Assembly (NCBI GenBank): GCA_964629655.1
Contig: CAZVQU010000002.1
Location: 396,878 to 460,877, forward strand
DNA from: an uncultured Planctomycetia bacterium
GTDB lineage: Bacteria > Omnitrophota > Gorgyraeia > Duberdicusellales > 4484-171
Direction: 5' to 3'
Length of the DNA stretch: 64,000 nt
In this document: positions 25,101 through 31,100 of the stretch, one piece after another
How the letters are laid out: the number at the start of each line of letters is the position of its first letter
How positions within the stretch are numbered: position 1 is the first letter of the stretch
Notes under the pieces: model-generated
Database searches by the model: none
The model's input: only the letters and a program-made list of their open reading frames with translations
Told to the model about the DNA's origin: nothing
Made by a program: the position numbers and the translations under genes

Positions 25101-28100
25101 AGTAGATTGAATGTATCTCCCACCAGCTAAGGTACAAGCAGCATTAATAGTTAAAGTGGCGTCATTATTATCTAAGAGCACATCGGTATCAAGGGCAAGG
25201 TTAGCAGTAGTTATTGTATCACTTGCTGAAAGTATTACCTGAGCGTTGTCTTTTATGTCGAAATCCTTAAAGGTATAGGTTGCATCGGGAATAGGCGTAT
25301 CCGCCGAACTAGCGCTACCGGTATTATTGGCAACAGTTAAATCTCCATCCTGGGCAGCATCCTTTTGATAGATTGTGCCGGCTCCGCCAATTTGTGAGCC
25401 AACAATCCCTGAACCGCCATAAGCAGTGGGCGTTATCGTAGAATCGTCAGTAGTGTAATAAATAGCAATTCTTCCACCGGCTCCGCCGGCTCCATCGTAA
25501 GTATCATCTGCGCCATCGCCGCCATTAGCAGTGACAGCGCCTGCACCTTCTAAAACATCAGCATCTATCCAGATACTTCCACCCGAGCCGCCGCCTGCGG
25601 ATATCTGTGAGCCATAGCCTCCATTCATTTCACCATCTTCTCCATTGGCAGTAATATCACCAGTAACAGTCAAGGTACCTCCGACAGTAAGTTTTATTGC
25701 TCCGCCGCCGTCTCCTCCCCAGCGATTAGTAGCGCGACTTCCGCCGCCGCCTGAGCCTAAATCAACCGGGGCAGTGATAGAGCCATAAGCTATACCGCCA
25801 GCACCCGTATAACCAGAACGACCAGCCGTTATTCCACCTTCACCGCCATAACCTCCTCCGCCGCCGCCGCGCTGATATTCACCGTCAGGGCCGTAACCAC
25901 CGCCAGTACCAAAACCCGAGCCTGTATTGCCGGTCACCGATCCCTCAACGTCACCGTAACCTCCGCTATAACCAAGATTATTAACATTGATATAGGCTGT
26001 GCTGGCTAAGGTAAGGTCTCCGGTTGTCTCAAGAATTAAGGAGTAAAGATGAGTGCCAGTGCTGACATGATCAGAATGAGTCAAGGTTGCTCCGGCTGAA
26101 ATACTGCCGGAAGTAAATATAGGATCACTAGCGACATCCTTAGAGATATCCCAGTAGTTTGTGCCTGAGGTAAAGCTAATGGTAGCTGCTGAGCCATCAA
26201 AGGTAGCATCAGTAGATTGAATATGTCTACTACCCGCCATAGTGTAAGCAGTATTAACAGTTAATGAACCGTCATTATTCTCTACGGTAGCATCGCTAAT
26301 GGTAAAATTGTCAGTAGTTACTGTATCACTTGCCGAAAGTGTTATATGAGCGTCTTCTTGTACAGTAATGCTATCAAAGGTATAAGTACCATCTACAAAA
26401 GGAGTGTCTCTGCCGGAATTATTATTGTTAGAGGTAGTTAGGTCACCGTTAGTCTGTCCATCATCTTTTTTAAAGATTGTGCCGGAGCCTGCCCTTTCAG
26501 CATTGTCTCGGCCTGAACCACCATAAGTACTGAGAGTAGCTAAAGAAGAAGTATCTGCAGTGTAATAAATAGCAATTCTTCCGCCGCCGCCACCGCCGCC
26601 ATCCCAGTTGTCATTTCCACCATCGCCACCATTAGAAATAACCGAACCTGTCCCATCTAAGGCACCGGCATCTATCCAGATACTTCCGCCAGAACCGCCG
26701 CCAGTAGCCCTCTGGCTACTAGCACCTCCATTGTTAGTTCCTGCTACGCCATTGGCAGTAATCGAACCGTTGAGAGTGAAGGTGTCTAAAACTACTATCT
26801 TTAATGAACCGCCACCTGCGCCACCAAGTCGGTTATTACTATAAGTGCCTCCACCACCTGAGCCTAAATCTGTAGGTTCCTTAATAGAACCATAGGGCTT
26901 GCCGTATTCCGGTTCGATGCCACTATAACCCTTGCCACCCTTACCACCATAGCCTCCTCCCGAACCAGAAATAAGAGCTGAGCCATTATTACCTCTTCCT
27001 TCGCCCTCCCCGGGTCCATAACCATTTCCGTTGTCTGTGTCTGAGAAGCCACCGGGATAACCAGTACCATTTGCTGAAATAACTGCACCGGCATCAAGGG
27101 TAAGATTGGTGGCGATAATTGTAATCTGTCCGGCACCACCGGCTTTATTATATGAATCAACAGTTAAAGTAGTTCCGCTAATAGTTAGGTCTCTATAAAC
27201 AGTATCATCGGTTAAAGTAATCGGAGCGCTGATAGTAGTAGAACTTGTATCATCGGTCATGCTAATATTAACATCAGCAGCTACATCGGATAGATACTGT
27301 ACTATATAATCAGAGGCACTATGAATACGAGAACAATTGTACTCTGAACCTTGAGTTTTTGCAGTTCCGTCTACTGATAGTTGAATCATCTTGATGGGGT
27401 CACCATAAGCAGTCTGAACTTGAGGTGTAGAGGCTGATGAAGTAATATAGACCTCATCGATTAGGCCTTCAAAGTTATTGGTACCAGAAGCATCTTTGGC
27501 AGAGAAGAAGATATTAGTGGCTAAACTGGGAGCGGTTAAGGATGCGGTTTCTGAGCCCTGCTCCCGGCCGTCAACATATATTTTATAGACATCATTGGTA
27601 TAATCCCATGTAAGCCTTACATGGTGCCACTCGCTATCATAATAATCACCGGTAGTCTCAATATCGTTATTGCCCTCTAATTCAAAGACCAAGTTACCCT
27701 GGTTATCAAAACTCAAGGCAAGATTGTCATTGTTATAAAAAATATACTGGGCCGCAGGAGAAGAATCACTGCTCTTTAACCAAAGGCTTAAGCTTCCGGT
27801 AGCAGCAACAATATTTGAAGCCGAGGCAACTTGCACATATTCATCGGACGCATCGTTTAGAAAACCATTTCCCACTAAGGCTGAGGCAAATGAACCACTG
27901 CTGGTTACACTGCCAGTACCGGCTCCTGAATACTGTATTCCGCTGCCATCACCATTCCAATATAAGGTTAAATCCGAATGAGGTTTGGCATAGCTACCGG
28001 CAAAATCAGAGTGGTAAGCGCCAAAGGGAAGAATTGCGGCATTATAAATATATATCTCATCAAATATACCTTCGGCATTATCAGTTCCGCTAGTCTTATA

Positions 28101-31100
28101 ATCACCGAAGAAAAAGCTAGTTCCCAGCACAGTCAGTGCTGAAGTAGTATCAGTATGGGTCTGGGTGACATACTGGCCATTGTAGTAGATACGGCAAACA
28201 TCAGTTGCTGTATCATCCCAGGTAAATCTTAAGTGGACCCAGCCATTAGCCTTCCAAAGAGAATCATCAGTCTCGGTAATAGTGACTGAAGACTGATTGC
28301 CTGCTCCTTTGATGCCGAATTCCAAAGTGGCCTCATCTGTATCATCATAGACCCTGGCCCAGATGGCATTGGCTGTACCTGAAGCAGCTGAGCCAAAGAG
28401 ATATTTGGCCTCGGTCTGGGCAGCGGCAAAATCATAATTAGGTCGGTACCAAAATTCGATTGTCCCCTTAGACCAGTCAGACATAATATTAGCTGAAGTT
28501 ATAGCCAAGTTCTCAGCGTCATCCTTAAGGTTAAAGCCGGTGCCGCGCTGGGCAGTTGCAGTAGTGATATTAGTCTCAACTGCTTCTGAAGCTGTAGCAT
28601 CTCTATTAGCTGTACCTTGGGCGTTATCTACTGTTGTGCCAGTTGTCTCATCCAAACGATAATGAGCTAAGATGTGATTTGCCGATGCGCTACTTGGATA
28701 GGCCTCACGAGCCATAAATATTGGTTTATACTTAGTCTGCCCTGAGCCGTCTAAACCAAATAAAAACTTATTATCCTGAGTACGAACCCGGACTTCATAA
28801 GAACCCTCTCCTTCATTAAAACCATCGGCATCGGCATCGCCGCGGGCTGCAGTCTCAACAGTACCAGTAACTATAGATACGGTACCGGGATCCTGATAAT
28901 CAGTGATTTCTCCGGTAGCAGTTGCAATCAGCTCAATAAGCTGAGTATCGTAATAGGTGGCGGTACTTCTTCCTGCCGCCGGAGTTGAAGGATGATACCC
29001 GCTCATGCCGGTAGCCACGTAATCGGTTGCATCATCATCAACGCTACGGGCTTCGGTGCCGGCCAGCAGCTTCTCATATTTTATCCGTTTGATAATCTTA
29101 CCAGTTGAGTAAATAGTCCACTCCTCAGTTACAGTGGCCTCACTGGCAAGAGAAAATTTATTCTCAACCCTGGCCCGGGTAGAATTAGCCTCTAAGAGTT
29201 TTAAGACAGATGACGAATCAACCTGCAGGGCTGAATCCTGGTCTAATTCGGTTAAAAGTTCTGTGGCTGAGCCGTAGTTTGTACTCCAGGCGCTGCCGGT
29301 TCCTTTGTAAAACTCAGAAACACCAGCGTCAGCTTCTTTAAAGACCAGCTTAAAATCTGAAGTGGTTAGCCCGGCGGTTTGAATAGTAATCGTTCCTGAA
29401 GCCTGGGTTGCTGATAAAACCGGATCAATAACGATATCGCCTGCTTTTCCGTCTTCATAGAACCAGACCCGGCAGGTAGAAGCCTTGTGAGGATTGTTTT
29501 CATTAGTGCCGGTTAAGCGCTGAGCCCTGGTTTTTTTCCTTTTTTTGCTTCTTTCGCTCTTCTTAAAATCTTTCCAATCTATTAAGACATTATCAAACTT
29601 TTCTCTGGAAACTTCTCCCTCAACGATTTCTTGTTTCGCGGCGCGTAAGAATCTCTTTACCTTTCTCTTGATCCGACGACGGACATTAGCATTGTCCTTC
29701 TTAATCAAGCCTTTTTTGTTAAAAACCGTATCCCAACGCACACGCTTCTTTGCTGAGCCTAAAGCTTGGTTATCACCTTCAACTGAGAACTTATTGTAGT
29801 ATTTTTCTCCGTCAAAACCTAATTGTGCAGTTACAGTGCCCTGAGACGATTTATTGTAAATGGTAACCGTTCCGTTATCATTTTCGCTATAGGATAATTT
29901 GCCTTTCTTAGGTTCTACATCTTCCCACTGCCAGGGGAACGTACCCATTTTCTGTATATAAAACCAGGAGTTTTTGACCTTTTTCTGGAAACCGTTTCCT
30001 GCATCCTCAAGCAAAGCAATACCCTTTCTAGTAAAGACATATTTCTGGACACCGTTTAATGATTTTAATGAAACCTCGTAACGCCTAGGAGAGACTTCTT
30101 CGAATATATAAGGGACAAATTTTCCTGCCTCGTTTTTAAGATAAAAATCCTCAGGTGCGCTCTGGGAATTATATACAATCACGCCAAAACCCTGAGCTGA
30201 GGCTACTCCCGGCTCAAAATCAGGCTGAGTTACTGATTCTTCAAGAACTCCTTCTTGGCTGACTACATCTTCCGGGCTGATTGCTTCTTGATCTGTGCCC
30301 TCTTCTGTCTCTGCCAGAGCTGCTGCTTGATCTGGTATAGTATTAACAATAAGGATATGCCCGTCTTTAGTGGTTATGCCGCAACGGTTTGTAGCCGTGA
30401 CAAAGATATTTGCGGTTACATCTACATCCTCAGGTATTTTATACTCAACAGCATAAATGTCATCACCGTCGTCATCATACATTGGAGTTACACCCTCGCC
30501 GCCAAAAGGTGCAAAGTTACAGCTAACTGAAACAATATCGGAATTATTATCGCCATCAGCCGAATTATCCCATTTGATTACCATTGAATCTCCGGCTATG
30601 TATACCCCCTGAGTGCCTGTGGCTCCGGAACAATCGACCTTAACCGAGCTCACCTTTGGAGCTATGGAATACTCTAATTTAAGTTCCTCAAGCTTAGGGG
30701 TGGCAGTAGTGTTACCGGTAGAAAGATTGACCCGCAGTGACAATTCTTTACCAACACTAAAATCATCCATCCCGGTATAGGTCATACCACTTTCACAACT
30801 TTCTTTCCAGTTCAATCCTCCGTCTGCTGAGATATCCATACTTATGGCTTGCGACTTACTCGCACTCTTAAGAGTATCACTTGCCAGTTTTATTGTCGGA
30901 GTAATTGCTGTAATATTACAGGCAGTAGAAATAGGCTCAGTGGTATATCTGCCTAATGAGGAATAGGCACCTTCAGTTGCTTTTAATACCACATCTCCAT
31001 TATCGGAAACTATAGTTTCAAAAAACTCTGCTAATCTAATATTTTCTTGATCTGCTGATGAGCTGACATAAGGCTCGGTTTCAACATATTTGCGCACTCT

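Noticed and set aside
15900-27100. GC-richer stretch with many ccgccgcc runs, possible horizontal transfer or CRISPR-like repeats
   Set aside because: Explained by glycine codons in a continuous ORF. Repeats are degenerate with ~0.9-1.1 kb periods, not repeat-spacer arrays, and no cas genes are present.
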